Notes: generated from the letters alone by a model not told the origin. A stretch of 64,000 nt of DNA from an uncultured Gemmatimonadales bacterium (GCA_963730185.1 CAVSQW010000015.1:32001-96000), one strand, 5' to 3'. Numbered from the stretch's first letter, positions 51,749 to 62,610 are shown. Translations and numbers: made by a program.

Positions 51749-51960
51749 ACCGCAAAGGGCGCGGAGGACGCAGAGGAACAGCGTCGAGGGATCCTCCGCA
51801 CTCTATTGTCCTGACAGCCGGAGTCGTGGTGCTGGTGGTGGTGGTGGTGGTGGTGGTTGGTGGTGGTGGTTGTTGTTGTTGTTGTTGTTGTTGTTCCCCC
51901 TCTTGTGCTTTTTCCGTCCTCGATCAGTTCCTCTGCGATCTCTGCGTCCTCTGCGGTTAA
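51749..51960. repeat. Inverted ACCGCA(A/G)AG repeat pair enclosing a (GGT)n(TGT)n microsatellite
   Basis: ACCGCAAAGGGCGCGGAGGACGCAGAGGAA (51749) and TTCCTCTGCGATCTCTGCGTCCTCTGCGGTTAA (51928-51960); trinucleotide tract at 51826-51895. Confidence 0.75.
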
Positions 51961-52059
51961 TGCTGTTGCCAATGTCCGCTCACGTACGACCCCCGGCCTT
52001 GTACGACGGCCCCCGAGGCCATGAACCCCCGGGGGCCGCGTGCCTGACCGCGGAAGGAG

Positions 52060-55000
52060 CTAGACCTCGAGCCGGTCACCCTCGCGGGCCGCCATCACGT
52101 AGAGCACCGGCATCAGCAGCACGCTGATCAGGAGCCGGGAGAAGAGCCCGCCCACGATCACCAGCGCGAACGGCCGCTGGGAGTCGGAGCCGACCCCGGT
52201 GGAGAGCGCCGCCGGGAGGAGCCCGAACGCCGCCACCAGGGCCGTCATCATGATCGGCCGGAGCCGGTAGAGCGCCGCCTCCCGCGCCGCATCGGCTATT
52301 CCTAGCCCGCCGAGCCGGAGCTCGTTGACGTAGGAGATGTAGACCACCGCGGTCTGTACCGACACGCCGAAGAGCGCGATGAAGCCGATCCCCGACGACA
52401 CCGAAAGCGGCGTCCCGGTGAGCGCCAGCGTCACCAACCCGCCGACCGGTGCCGAGAGGACGACGCCGATCACGGTGATCAACGGGAAGGTCACGTTCCG
52501 GTAGAGCGCAAAGAGCAGGAGGAAGATCAGCGCGACGGTGAGCGGGAGGACCACCACCAGCTGGCTTCGCGAGGCGGTGTACTCCTCGTACTCGCCGCCC
52601 CAGACGGTCTGATAGCCGGTGGGCATCGAGACGGCCGCGTCCACCTTCTGCCGGGCTTCGTCGACGGCGCTGGCCAGGTCGCGGCCCTCGACCGCGTACT
52701 GCACCCCGATGTACCGCGAGTTGTTCTCCCGGTAGATGAACGAGGCGCCGCTGCTCACCTGGATGGTGGCCAGCTCCCGGAGCGGGATCTGCTGCCCGTC
52801 CGGTGCGGCGACCAGGATCGCGCCGATCTGCGCGGGGTTCTCCCGGTACTGGGGCTGGAGCCGCACCACGAGGTCGAAGAGCTTCTCGCCTTGGACCACC
52901 TCGGTCGCGGCGGTGCCCCCGACGGCGGCTTCGATCAGGCCGTTCACGTCGGCCACGTTGAGGCCGTAGCGGGCCACCTTGGCGCGGTCGATCGCGACCG
53001 TCAACGAAGGCTGTCCCAGCTCCTCGACCACCAGGACCCGGTGGATGCCGCGTACCTGGGAGATGACGTCGGCAATGGCGTGGGCTTTGGATTCCAGCAC
53101 CTGGAGATCGGTGCCGAAGATCTTGACCGCGAGCGAGCTCTTGAGGCCGGTCTCCGCCTCGTCGACCGCGTCCTCGGCCGGCTGGGTGTAGTTGAAGGTG
53201 ATGCCCGGAAAGCCGGCCAGCTTCTTCCCGATGGCGGCGATCAGCTCGGGCTTCGAGTGATAGTCGCCGTGCCACTCACCGTACGGATGGAGGCCGACGT
53301 AGAACTCGGCGTTGAAGAACCCGGTCGGATCGGTGCCGCCGTCGTCGCGGCCGTGCTCCGACGCCACGTCGGTGACCTCGGGGAAGCTCTTGAGGATCGC
53401 CCGGATCTGAGGAACGATCTTGCTCGACTCCTCGAGCGAGATGCTGGGAGGCATGGTCGCCCGGACCCAGAGCGCGCCCTCGTCGAGGTGAGGCATGAAC
53501 TCGGCCCCGATGACCGGTACCAGCGCCAAGGCGCCGACGAAGAGCGCGGTCGAGGCGCCGACTGTGAACCAGCGCCGGGCCAGGCACCAATCGAGGGTGA
53601 CGGCGTAGCGGTCGCGGATCCACTCGTAGATCCGGTTCCGCCGTTCCTGGATCCCGCCCTTGAGGAGCCAGTTGCAAAGTACCGGCACCGCGGTGAGGGT
53701 CAGGGCGAGGGCGCCGATCAGGGCGAAGATCGTGGTGTCCGCCATGGGCTGGAAGAGCCGGCCCGACGGTCCCGACAGCACGTAGATCGGGAGGAAGCCC
53801 GCGATGATGATCGCGACCGCGTAGAAGATCGGCCGGTCCACCTCGGCGGCCGCCTGCGCAATGATGGTCGGGATCGGGACGGTGGAGTCGCCCCGGTCGG
53901 CCAGCTTCCGGTAGATGTTCTCCACCATCACCACGGCGCCGTCGACCAGGATGCCGAAGTCGATCGCGCCGATGGAAAGGAGGTTGGCCGGAATGTTCTT
54001 CAAGTCGAGGCAGATCGACGCGAAGAGCAGGGCCAGCGGAATGGTGACCGCCACGATCAGACCGGTCCGCGCGTTGGCCAGGAAGAGCACCAGCACGATG
54101 ATCACCAGCACGATCCCGCGGAGCAGATTGTCCACCACGGTTCGGGTCGTGAGGTGGACCAGGTCGCTCCGATCGTAGAACGGATGGATCTTCACGTCCT
54201 TGGGCAGGATCCGGTCGTTCAGCTCCTGGGTCTTGGCCTCGACGCCCTTCAAGACGGTTTGGGCCTGCTCGCCGGTCCGCATCAGGACCACGCCCTCGAC
54301 CGCGTCGTCCCGGTCGTTGAACCCGAACTGTCCCAGCCGGGGCGCGTAGCCGATCACCACCTGGCCGACGTCCTTGACCAGGATCGGCGTCCCGTTCTTG
54401 ACCGCCAGCACGACCTGCCCGATGTCTTCCGGCGTGGTGAGCCGGCCGAGACCGCGGACGTAGTAGAACTGGCCGCCCTCGGAGTAGAAGCCGCCGCCGG
54501 CGTTGTCGTTGTTGTTGGAGAGGGCGTCGACGATGTCGGTGATGCCGAAGCCCGGCGCCGGCGACCTTCTTGGGGTCGAGCAGCACCTGGTACTGCATCG
54601 TCTGGCCGCCCAGCCCCGCCAGGTCCGCCACGCCGGGGACCGACTTGTAGGCCCGGCTGATGATCCAGTCCTGGATCGTCTTGAGCTCCATCGGCGTGCG
54701 GTCGTGGCTATCGATGACGTAGCGGTAGACCAGGCCGGAGGGAGAGAAGAGCGGCTCCATTCCCGGGCTGACGCCGTCGGGCACTCCCACGTCGCTCAGG
54801 CGCTTCGTGCACCCGTTGCCGAGCGAAGTAGGGGTCGGTGCCGTCCTGGAAGACCAGCCGGACGTCGGAGAGGCCGTAGAGTGAGATCGAGCGCTGCACC
54901 TTGAGCTTGGGCAGCCCGTTCATTTCGGTTTCGATCGGGAAGGTGATCAGCCGCTCGACCTCTTCGGCGGCATGGCCGGGCCACTGGGTGGTGATGGCCA

Positions 55001-55202
55001 CCATCGTGGGCGAGAGGTCGGGATAGGCGTCGACGGGGAGCCGGCGGAACGACCAGTAGCCGACCGCGCCGATCGAGAGAACGGCGACCGCCACCAGCAC
55101 CGGCTGGCTCAGCGACGCCGCGACGAGGCGATGGATCCAGGAGTGCTGGCGACCCGGACCCTCACCCTCACCCGTGACGGGTTCGTGGGGTCCGGTCATC
55201 AT
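52060..55202 (-). CDS. CusA/CzcA family heavy-metal RND efflux pump (two apparent indels near 54550 and 54810)
   Basis: LPVDAYPD, AEEVERLIT.PIE, AIDFGILVDGAVVMVEN, EFMPHLDEG, RLRPIMMTA. Confidence 0.9.
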
Positions 55203-56339
55203 TGCTCACTCATGGTCTGGAGGTAGAGGGCGCCGTCGACCACGATCAGCTCGCCGGCGGTCAGGCCGTCGGTGATCTCGTAGCGGTCGTCGACCCGGCC
55301 GCCCACGCTTACCCGGCGCCGGGCAAAGGTCCCTTCGCTGGTGGCGATGAAGAGGTAGGGCAGGTTCTCGTCGTCGCGGAGCACGGCCGACACCGGCACC
55401 AGGAGTCCCTCGCGGTTGGTGCCCGAGCGGATGATCACCTGGACCAACATGTCGCGCTTGAGGATCAACGCCCTTGTTCGGCACGACCAGCCGGACCTGG
55501 GTGGCCTTGGTGGCGGGGTCCACGAGGTCGGCGACGTAGTCCACCCGGCCAACCAGGGTGTCGGCCGAGGCGTCGGTCGCGATCAGGGCCTTGTCGCCCC
55601 GGTGGACGGCGCGGATGTCGCGTTCGAAGACGTTGGCCATCACCCACACGGTCCGGACGTCGGCCACGGTGAAGGTCGGGGTGCCGCTCTCCAGAAGCTG
55701 GCCGGGGGTGATCAGCTTCTCGACGACGGTACCCGCGATCGGGGCCCGAATGGCCGCTTCGATCGGCCGGTCGACCCCGCCGCTGTCGGCGATCGTGGGG
55801 TCGGCGATGCCTAACGCCCGGAGCGCCTGAATGGCCGCGTCGCGGTCGGCGGCGGCGCCGGCCAGATCGGCGCGGCTCTGATCGAGCTCGCGGCGGGCCA
55901 GGGCGTCGTTCTGGAAGAGCTGCTCGTTGAGATCGGTGATCTGCTTCTGGTTCTTCCAGGCGGCGTCGGCCTTACGGTAGTCGGCCAGGGCCGTGGCGAA
56001 GTCGGGCGACACCAGCGTGGCCATCGCCTGGCCGGGCTCCACGTGGGCGCCCGGCTGGACCAGGATCCGGCTCACCGGCCCGGAGATCGGCGCCAGCACC
56101 TGGGTGGAGAGATCGGCGCTGAACGCCACCGTGCCGGTGGTGACGATCGACGGCGCGTACGACGCCGAGGCGACCGGCTCGATGATGAAGCGGGCCCGCT
56201 GGGCGGAATCGACCGCGATCGGCGCGTCCTTGGTCGCGGGGGTGGCCGCGCCGTCGGCGGCCTCAGGCTTGGACCCGCAGGCGGCGAGCAGGAGGCTCGC
56301 GGTGCAGGTGGCGGTTCCGAGAAGTCGGCGAGTGATCAT
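55199..56339 (-). CDS. RND periplasmic adaptor (CusB/CzcB-like), apparent indel near 55470
   Basis: LAAC lipobox, APISG, IRAPIAGTV, VWVMANVFE, VDPAT, LLVPVSAV...GL..GE.IV.DG in the second frame. Confidence 0.88.
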
Positions 56340-57691
56340 CGTGAGCCTCCGATGCCGTCGAGCCGGCGGCCGACCGCGCGCTCCAGCTCGGCGCGGCCCA
56401 TGTTGGCGGTGGCGAGGGCATCCGTATACTGGTTTTCGGCGTCGAGCAGGGCCTGGCGGGCGTCGAGCACGTCGAGGGCGGACGAGCCGCCCAACCCGTA
56501 ACTCACCGACGCGATCCGGAACGCTTCGCGGGTGGCGGGCAGGAGCTGATCGCGGAGATAGCGCGCCTGGGCGAGCGCGGTCTGGGCCTGGGCGTAGATG
56601 GCGCGGAGCTCCTGACCCACGAAGCTCTGGGCGTCGCGGAGGGTGGCGTCGAGCTCCCGCTCGTGGTGCTTGCTCTCGGCGATCTCGCCCTTGGAGTGCT
56701 GCCAGAAGAAGACCGGGAGCGGCACCGCGATGCCGGCGGTGAGAATGCCGGGGCCGGGATCGGCGTAGTCCTTCCCCAACCCCACGATCAGGTCGGGAAG
56801 CCAGTACTCCTTGGCCAGCGCCGTGTTGGCGCGGGCGCCTTCCCGCTGCCGCTGGAGGCTCGCGATCTCGGGACGCGACGCCAGCGCGGCCGGTTCGAGC
56901 GCCGCGAGCGGCGGCAGATCGCCGGGCACCGCCAGCGAGTCCGACGCGAGGGTTGGGGCGTCGAGCGGGCGGTCGAGCAACCGGTTGAGGGCCGAGCGCG
57001 CGGTGGCGACGTCGTGCTCGGTGGAGATCAGGTCGTTCTCCGCCTGGCCCACCGCGACCTGCGCCTTGATCACGTCCAGCCGGGCGACCGTGCCGGCCTG
57101 GAAGCGGGCCTGGGTCTTGGTCAGGAAGTCGGCCGCCAACGCCCGGGCTTCGGTCAGATCGCGCCGGCGACGGAGCGCCGCGAGGAGCGAATCGTAGGTC
57201 TGCGAGGCGGCGGAGGCGACTTGTTGGCGAAGGAGCTCCAACCCCGCTTGGGTCGACTGGATGTCGGCGTTCCCGATCTTGGCCTGGAGCCGGAACTTGT
57301 CGGGGAAGGGGATCTGGAGCGTGGCCCCGACTACCTTGGCGGTCGCGTTACCGAGGCTTGCGGTTGCTTGGTCGAGCTCCGCCCCGAACTGGGGATCGGG
57401 AATCGCGGTACCCTGCACCTTCCGAGCGTGGGCCTGGGCGACCTGTTCCTCACCCGCTCGAATCGCGGGGTTCCGCTCGATCGCCATCCGGACCACGTCG
57501 GACTTGCCGAGGCAGAGCGAGTCGGCCGGCCGTTCGAGCGCGCCGACCGGGCCGCGAGCCACGCAGTCGGGTTCGAGCGGGGTGGCCGCGAGCAGGGAAT
57601 CGACTCGCTGCCGGGCGCCGGATGTCGGTGGTTGCGCCGCCGCTCCACTGGCCATGACGGCCAGGAGCAGCGCACACGTCAGTGATCGCAT
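56336..57691 (-). CDS. TolC/CzcC family outer-membrane factor
   Basis: AIERNP, ARFQAG.VARLDVIKA, ALASRPE, SYGLGGSSALDVLDA. Confidence 0.9.
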   Translation of the reverse strand: MRSLTCALLLAVMASGAAAQPPTSGARQRVDSLLAATPLEPDCVARGPVGALERPADSLCLGKSDVVRMAIERNPAIRAGEEQVAQAHARKVQGTAIPDPQFGAELDQATASLGNATAKVVGATLQIPFPDKFRLQAKIGNADIQSTQAGLELLRQQVASAASQTYDSLLAALRRRRDLTEARALAADFLTKTQARFQAGTVARLDVIKAQVAVGQAENDLISTEHDVATARSALNRLLDRPLDAPTLASDSLAVPGDLPPLAALEPAALASRPEIASLQRQREGARANTALAKEYWLPDLIVGLGKDYADPGPGILTAGIAVPLPVFFWQHSKGEIAESKHHERELDATLRDAQSFVGQELRAIYAQAQTALAQARYLRDQLLPATREAFRIASVSYGLGGSSALDVLDARQALLDAENQYTDALATANMGRAELERAVGRRLDGIGGSR

Positions 57692-57747
57692 GCCGTTCCT
57701 GAACGAGAATGTCCCCCGGACCGTGGGTGGCCGGAGGTGTTACCGGT

Positions 57748-58104
57748 TCAGAGGGCGATCGGAGGTGCTCTGGGAGCCTGCGAGAGGATGAACTGCGGGG
57801 GAACGAACGTCACCCGGCTTGGCGGCACCGTGCGGACGGGCGCGACGGCCAGGGCCGGAAGCTCGGCCCGACCTTCCGGCCGCGAGCCGAGATTGTGGAC
57901 CAGGCAGACCGGGCAGGTGGCCGGATCGTGCGGGGCGATCTGGTGACCGCTCTCCGGCGTGGTCCACGCGGTCGCGGGCCTGACCGCGTCCAACGTCGAC
58001 GCGGGACCGGGGAAGAGGTCGAGATCGCAGAGCGGAAGCGTGGCCATACCGAACTGCGCCAGCGCCGCCATCGCGATGGCGGCTCGGCGCACGCCGAACA
58101 ACAT
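57748..58104 (-). CDS. DUF2946/CruR-like leader protein with CxxC and C-terminal RAPP
   Basis: Hydrophobic N-terminus, HQIAPHDPATCPVC, ends APRAPPIAL, 56 bp upstream of the OMF gene. Confidence 0.7.
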   Translation of the reverse strand: MLFGVRRAAIAMAALAQFGMATLPLCDLDLFPGPASTLDAVRPATAWTTPESGHQIAPHDPATCPVCLVHNLGSRPEGRAELPALAVAPVRTVPPSRVTFVPPQFILSQAPRAPPIAL

Positions 58105-58412
58105 GGCCCGAAGGGATCCCGCAACGAGTCTCACGGTTCCAACAGTAGCGGCCCGATCCCTGGGCCGCCAGCCCCGCAGGTCCCGAGGCAGGTCCGGGTC
58201 CCGCTCGACGCCTCGACCGCGGTCGCGTCGAGGTGCGCCTGCGGGCCGGTGGCGGGATCTCCCTGCGACGACCGGCGGTTCGCTGCGGTGAGCCATCGGT
58301 TCGCTGCGGTGGCGGTAGCTTCGGAGGAGGGCCGGCCGTACGGTTCGATGAGACGGTTGGCGCCTCGGGCGCCGGCCAGATGACCGACCGCCCTAGCCAT
58401 CGGAGATCCGCC

Positions 58413-59330
58413 ATGAGCACCCGCTCCCTCGCCGTATTGGCTTGCCTCGCGCTGGCCGCCACCCCGGTCCGGGCCCAACAGGACGCCCGGGACGGAGTCG
58501 TGACCTCGGTGTCATGGCTGGCCGCCCATCTCCACGACGCCGACCTGGTGGTGCTCCACGTCGGTCCCGACTCCGGCTACGCGGCGGGACACCTGCCCGG
58601 CGCCCGGCACGTTGGCCTCCAGCAGATCACCGCCCCGCACGACGATGCCGGTCTGGCGGTGGAGTTCGGCCCCGACTCCATGCTCCAGCGCCAGCTGGCC
58701 GACCTCGGGATCGGAGATCGCTCCCAGGTGGTGGTCGTCGCGGCGCCCGATTGGCAGACCAGCGCCATGCGGGTGCTCTCCACCCTTTTCTATGCCGGTC
58801 TCGGCGATCGCGCCCGGGTGCTCGACGGCGGACTCGCGGCCTGGACCGCGGCCGGGAAGCCGCTCACCACCGAGGTGCCTCCCGCGACCAAAGGTCGCCT
58901 GACGATTCACCCCCGTCATGACTTCGTGGTCGACGCCGGGTTCGTCGGTTCCCACGCCGGCAAGGCCGGGTGGGCCGTGGTCGACGCCCGCGGGCAGGCG
59001 TTCTATGACGGGGTCCGGAACAGCACCTTTGGCCGGAACGATCCCGGGAAGCCCGGCCACGTGCCCGGCGCGCTCTCGATCGGGGTGTCGGAAGTCTACG
59101 CCGACGACGGCTCCTTCCTGCCGACCGACCAGCTCCGGACGCTGTTCACCAAGGCAGGCGTCAAACCGGGCGACGTGGTGGTGGCGTACTGTCACATCGG
59201 GATCTACGCCAACTCGATCATCACCGCCGCCCGCATTCTCGGCCATGACGTCCGGCTCTACGACGGGTCGTTCCAGGACTGGGCCAAGCGGAACTTGCCG
59301 CTCGAGACCAAGCCGGCCGGAGGGCAGTGA
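58413..59330 (+). CDS. Secreted two-domain rhodanese sulfurtransferase
   Basis: Signal peptide ending VRAQ; GHLPGA, LDGGL..W, GHVPGA, active loop YCHIG, LYDGSFQDW. Confidence 0.9.
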   Translation: MSTRSLAVLACLALAATPVRAQQDARDGVVTSVSWLAAHLHDADLVVLHVGPDSGYAAGHLPGARHVGLQQITAPHDDAGLAVEFGPDSMLQRQLADLGIGDRSQVVVVAAPDWQTSAMRVLSTLFYAGLGDRARVLDGGLAAWTAAGKPLTTEVPPATKGRLTIHPRHDFVVDAGFVGSHAGKAGWAVVDARGQAFYDGVRNSTFGRNDPGKPGHVPGALSIGVSEVYADDGSFLPTDQLRTLFTKAGVKPGDVVVAYCHIGIYANSIITAARILGHDVRLYDGSFQDWAKRNLPLETKPAGGQ

Positions 59331-59860
59331 GCGTGGCGGCTCGGCGGGCCGAGCGGCCGTATCTGGATCCGTACCTGGCGGGGGTCGGGATCGGGGTCGT
59401 CCTCCTCCTGACCTTCGTGATCGTTGGCCACGGGCTCGGGGCGTCGGGCGCCTTCGCGACCACCGTGGCATCCGGCGCGGCGCTGGTGGCGCCGGGTCAC
59501 GTGGCCGCCAATCCGGCCTACCTGGCCTACGCACCCGACGGACCGACGTCCATATATAAGGACTGGCTGGTCTGGGAGATCGCCGGCGTGTTCCTGGGGG
59601 GCGCGTTCTCGGCCTGGTGGTCGGGCCGGATGCACCGGGGCATCGAGCGCGGCCCGCGGATCAGCGACCGGACCAGGCTGGTCTTCGCGTTCGGGGGCGG
59701 GACGATCATGGGGTTCGGTGCCAAGCTGGCTCGCGGCTGTACCTCGGGGCAGGGGCTCTCGGGCGGGGCGGTGCTGAGCGTGGGGAGCTGGCTCTTCATC
59801 GCCGCGGCGTTTGGCGCCGCCTATCTCTTCGCTCCCGCCTTTCGGAGGGCCTGGCGATGA
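59327..59860 (+). CDS. YeeE/YedE family sulfur transporter, half 1
   Basis: GLGASG, GFGAKLARGCTSGQGLSG. Confidence 0.9.
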   Translation: MSVAARRAERPYLDPYLAGVGIGVVLLLTFVIVGHGLGASGAFATTVASGAALVAPGHVAANPAYLAYAPDGPTSIYKDWLVWEIAGVFLGGAFSAWWSGRMHRGIERGPRISDRTRLVFAFGGGTIMGFGAKLARGCTSGQGLSGGAVLSVGSWLFIAAAFGAAYLFAPAFRRAWR

Positions 59861-60459
59861 TGCTCCAGGTCTATGATGGTACGGCGGGCTCGGTGATCGG
59901 GAGTCTCGGCCCCGCCTTCGCGCTCGGAATTGGCTTCGGCTTCTTTCTGGAGCAGGGCGGGATGGGCAACGCCCGGAAGCTGGCCGGCCAGTTCTACTTG
60001 ACCGATCTGTCGGTCTTCAAGGTCATGTTCTCCGCCATCCTGACCACCATGCTCGGTCTCTTCTGGCTGGGCCGGATGGGGATCGTCGACCCGGCCCGGA
60101 TTTTCGTCCCGCCCACCTACCTCCTGCCGCACCTCGTCGGCGGGCTGGTGTTCGGCCTCGGCTTCGTGATGGGCGGGCTCTGTCCCGGCACCTCGTGCGT
60201 GGCGGCCTCGACCGGGCGCCTCGATGGGGTGGCCCTGATGGGCGGCATGCTGGCCGGAATCCTGGCCTTCGACGAGGCGTTCCCCCGACTCCAGGGCTTC
60301 TACGAGAGCACGCCGTTAGGCGCGATCACCCTGCCGAGCCTGCTCGGGCTCTCGCCGGGACTGGTGGTGCTGCTGGTGGTGGTGATGGCGCTGCTGGGCT
60401 TCCGGCTGGCCGAGTGGCTGGAGCGGCGGCCGGTGGGGACGGGCGGGGGCGCGGCGTGA
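59857..60459 (+). CDS. YeeE/YedE family sulfur transporter, half 2
   Basis: GFGFFLEQGG, VFKVMFSAI, GG.VFG.GF..GGLCPGT. Confidence 0.9.
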   Translation: MMLQVYDGTAGSVIGSLGPAFALGIGFGFFLEQGGMGNARKLAGQFYLTDLSVFKVMFSAILTTMLGLFWLGRMGIVDPARIFVPPTYLLPHLVGGLVFGLGFVMGGLCPGTSCVAASTGRLDGVALMGGMLAGILAFDEAFPRLQGFYESTPLGAITLPSLLGLSPGLVVLLVVVMALLGFRLAEWLERRPVGTGGGAA

Positions 60460-61079
60460 TCCGGACCGGGCTCGGCCTGGCCGCGCTGGGCCTGGGCTTC
60501 CTGGCCGCGCTCGCCGGCCAACCCACGCCACCGGGTCGGGCAGACCCGGCGCTGGCCGCCGCCATCGGCCGGGGCGAGGGCCGGCTCGGCATCGTGGAGC
60601 TGGCTCGCTGGGTTCGCGACCGCCGGGCCGGGCTCCTGATCGTGGACCTCCGGGCCGACTCCGCCTACCAGGATTTTCACCTCCCGCGGGCGGAGCGGAT
60701 GGACCTCGCGGACCTGGCGGCCTTGCCGCCGGACGGATCTCGTACCATCGTGGTCTACGGCGACGCCGGTCCCGAGGCGGCTCAGGCCTGGGTCTTGCTT
60801 CGGGCCCGCGGGCACCGAGACGCGTTCTACGTTCCCGACGCCGTCGCCGCCTGGCTGGCCGGGGTGATGCACCCGGTCCTTCCCTCGGACGCGACCCCAG
60901 CCGAGCGCACGCTCTGGCCCGCGGTCCGGGAGCTGAGCCAGTATTTCGGCGGGTTGCCGAGGGCGGGTGGGCCGCGGGCCGAGCTGGGTCCGCTCGCTTG
61001 GACCGGCGCCGCGGCCGCGCCGGTCGCCGACCCGAAACCGATGCTCGACAAGGCCCGGAGGCAGGGATGCGGGTTCTGA
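60456..61079 (+). CDS. Membrane-anchored rhodanese-like protein lacking the loop Cys, with C-terminal GCGF
   Basis: IVDLR...Y..FHLPRA; the active-loop position reads VYGDAG. Confidence 0.75.
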   Translation: MIRTGLGLAALGLGFLAALAGQPTPPGRADPALAAAIGRGEGRLGIVELARWVRDRRAGLLIVDLRADSAYQDFHLPRAERMDLADLAALPPDGSRTIVVYGDAGPEAAQAWVLLRARGHRDAFYVPDAVAAWLAGVMHPVLPSDATPAERTLWPAVRELSQYFGGLPRAGGPRAELGPLAWTGAAAAPVADPKPMLDKARRQGCGF

Positions 61080-62521
61080 CCGATCTGACGCTGGACCTGC
61101 CGACCGGCGGCGCCGACACCGAGCGGTTCGCGGCGCTGCGAGCGAGCGAGTACGGCCGGCTCGACGAATCGGGACATGCCTACCTGGACTACACCGGCGC
61201 CGGCCTCTACGGCCGGAGCCAGATCGAGCGGCATCACGCCTTTCTGGCCCGTCACCTGGTCGGCAACCCTCACTCCGCCAATCCCACGTCCTCCCTCGCC
61301 ACCGAGGCGATGGAGGAGGCGCGCCGCCGGGTGCTGGCCTTCTTCGGGGCTGATCCGGCCGACTACACGGTGGTGTTCACCGCCAACGCATCGGCCGCGA
61401 TCAAGCTGCTGGGCGAGGCCTACCGGTTCGGGCCCGAGGCCGACCTGATCCTGATGGCCGACAACCACAACTCCGTCAACGGCCTCCGGCGCTACGCCGA
61501 GGCGGCCGGGGCGCCGGTCCGGTACCTCGGCCTCGATGCCGAGCTCCGGCTGGCGGAGCCGTTTCCGGCGGCCAAGGCACCCGAGGTGGGGTCGCCGGCG
61601 ATCGCGAGGGGTAACGGGCATCCGGACCGCGGCGCTCGCCGGGGACTGTTCGCCTTTCCGGGCCAGTCCAACTTTTCCGGGGTCCGGCATCCGCTCAACC
61701 TGATCGACCAAGCCCACGCCGCCGGCTACGACGTCCTGCTCGACGCCGCCGCCTTGGTGCCGACCCGGCAGTTGGACCTCGCCCGGACGCCGGCCGACTT
61801 CGTGGCGGTCTCGTTCTACAAGATGTTCGGCTTCCCCACGGGGGTCGGGGTCCTGATCGCCCGGTCCGAGGCGCTGGCCCGGTTGGCCCGGCCCTGGTTT
61901 GCCGGGGGGACGGTCGACTTCGTCTCGGTCCAGAGCGGGATTCATCAGCTCAGCCCGGGCGCCGAGGGGTTCGAGGACGGGACGCCCAACTTTCTGGGGG
62001 TCGCGGCGGTCGCGACGGGGCTCGCCTATCTCGAGGCGGTCGGCGTCGAGTCGGTCGGGCGTCACGTAGCCCGTCTCACCGGGCGGCTGCTGGAGCGTTT
62101 GGCGGCGCTCCGGTACGCCGACGGGCGCCCGGTGCTGGCCCTCTACGGTCCCGCGGGGACGGACGCGCGAGGGGGCACCGTCGCGTTCAACGTGCTGGAC
62201 CGGCGCGGCCGACCCCGCCGATACGCTCCGATCGAGAACGCGGCGGGCGAGCGGTCGATCCACCTCCGAGGCGGCTGCTTCTGCAACCCCGGCGCGGCCG
62301 AGGTCGCGTTCGCCTTTCCGGCCGACCGCTCCCGGCGGTGCTTCGAGCAACTCCCGCCCGGGACCTTCGATCTCGATCGTCTGGCCGACTGCGTGGGGCC
62401 CGACGTGGCGGTGGGTGCGCTCCGCGCCTCACTCGGGATCGCGAGCAACGAGCGGGACGTGGACCGGTTGGTGGAGTTTCTGGCCGAATGGACGCTGGAC
62501 GCCGAGGCGCGGGAGCCTTAA
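61067..62521 (+). CDS. Class V aminotransferase / cysteine desulfurase of the molybdenum-cofactor-sulfurase type
   Basis: YLDYTGAGLY, GNPHS, DNHNSVNG, QSNFSG, LLDAAA, SFYKMFGFPTGVG, FEDGT, LRGGCFCNPGA. Confidence 0.88.
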   Translation: MRVLTDLTLDLPTGGADTERFAALRASEYGRLDESGHAYLDYTGAGLYGRSQIERHHAFLARHLVGNPHSANPTSSLATEAMEEARRRVLAFFGADPADYTVVFTANASAAIKLLGEAYRFGPEADLILMADNHNSVNGLRRYAEAAGAPVRYLGLDAELRLAEPFPAAKAPEVGSPAIARGNGHPDRGARRGLFAFPGQSNFSGVRHPLNLIDQAHAAGYDVLLDAAALVPTRQLDLARTPADFVAVSFYKMFGFPTGVGVLIARSEALARLARPWFAGGTVDFVSVQSGIHQLSPGAEGFEDGTPNFLGVAAVATGLAYLEAVGVESVGRHVARLTGRLLERLAALRYADGRPVLALYGPAGTDARGGTVAFNVLDRRGRPRRYAPIENAAGERSIHLRGGCFCNPGAAEVAFAFPADRSRRCFEQLPPGTFDLDRLADCVGPDVAVGALRASLGIASNERDVDRLVEFLAEWTLDAEAREP

Positions 62522-62610
62522 CCGGCCGGGTCATTGCCACCGGCCGGGTTCGGGGCTAACCTAGCAAAGACGCGTCGCCAGCCGATTCCCCCGCCGCCGG
62601 AGGCCCACCC

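Noticed and set aside
50632..52127. ORFs with poly-T/poly-H or poly-G/W/L tracts
   Set aside because: These are translations of the trinucleotide microsatellite and repeat element, overlapping the real barrel gene.
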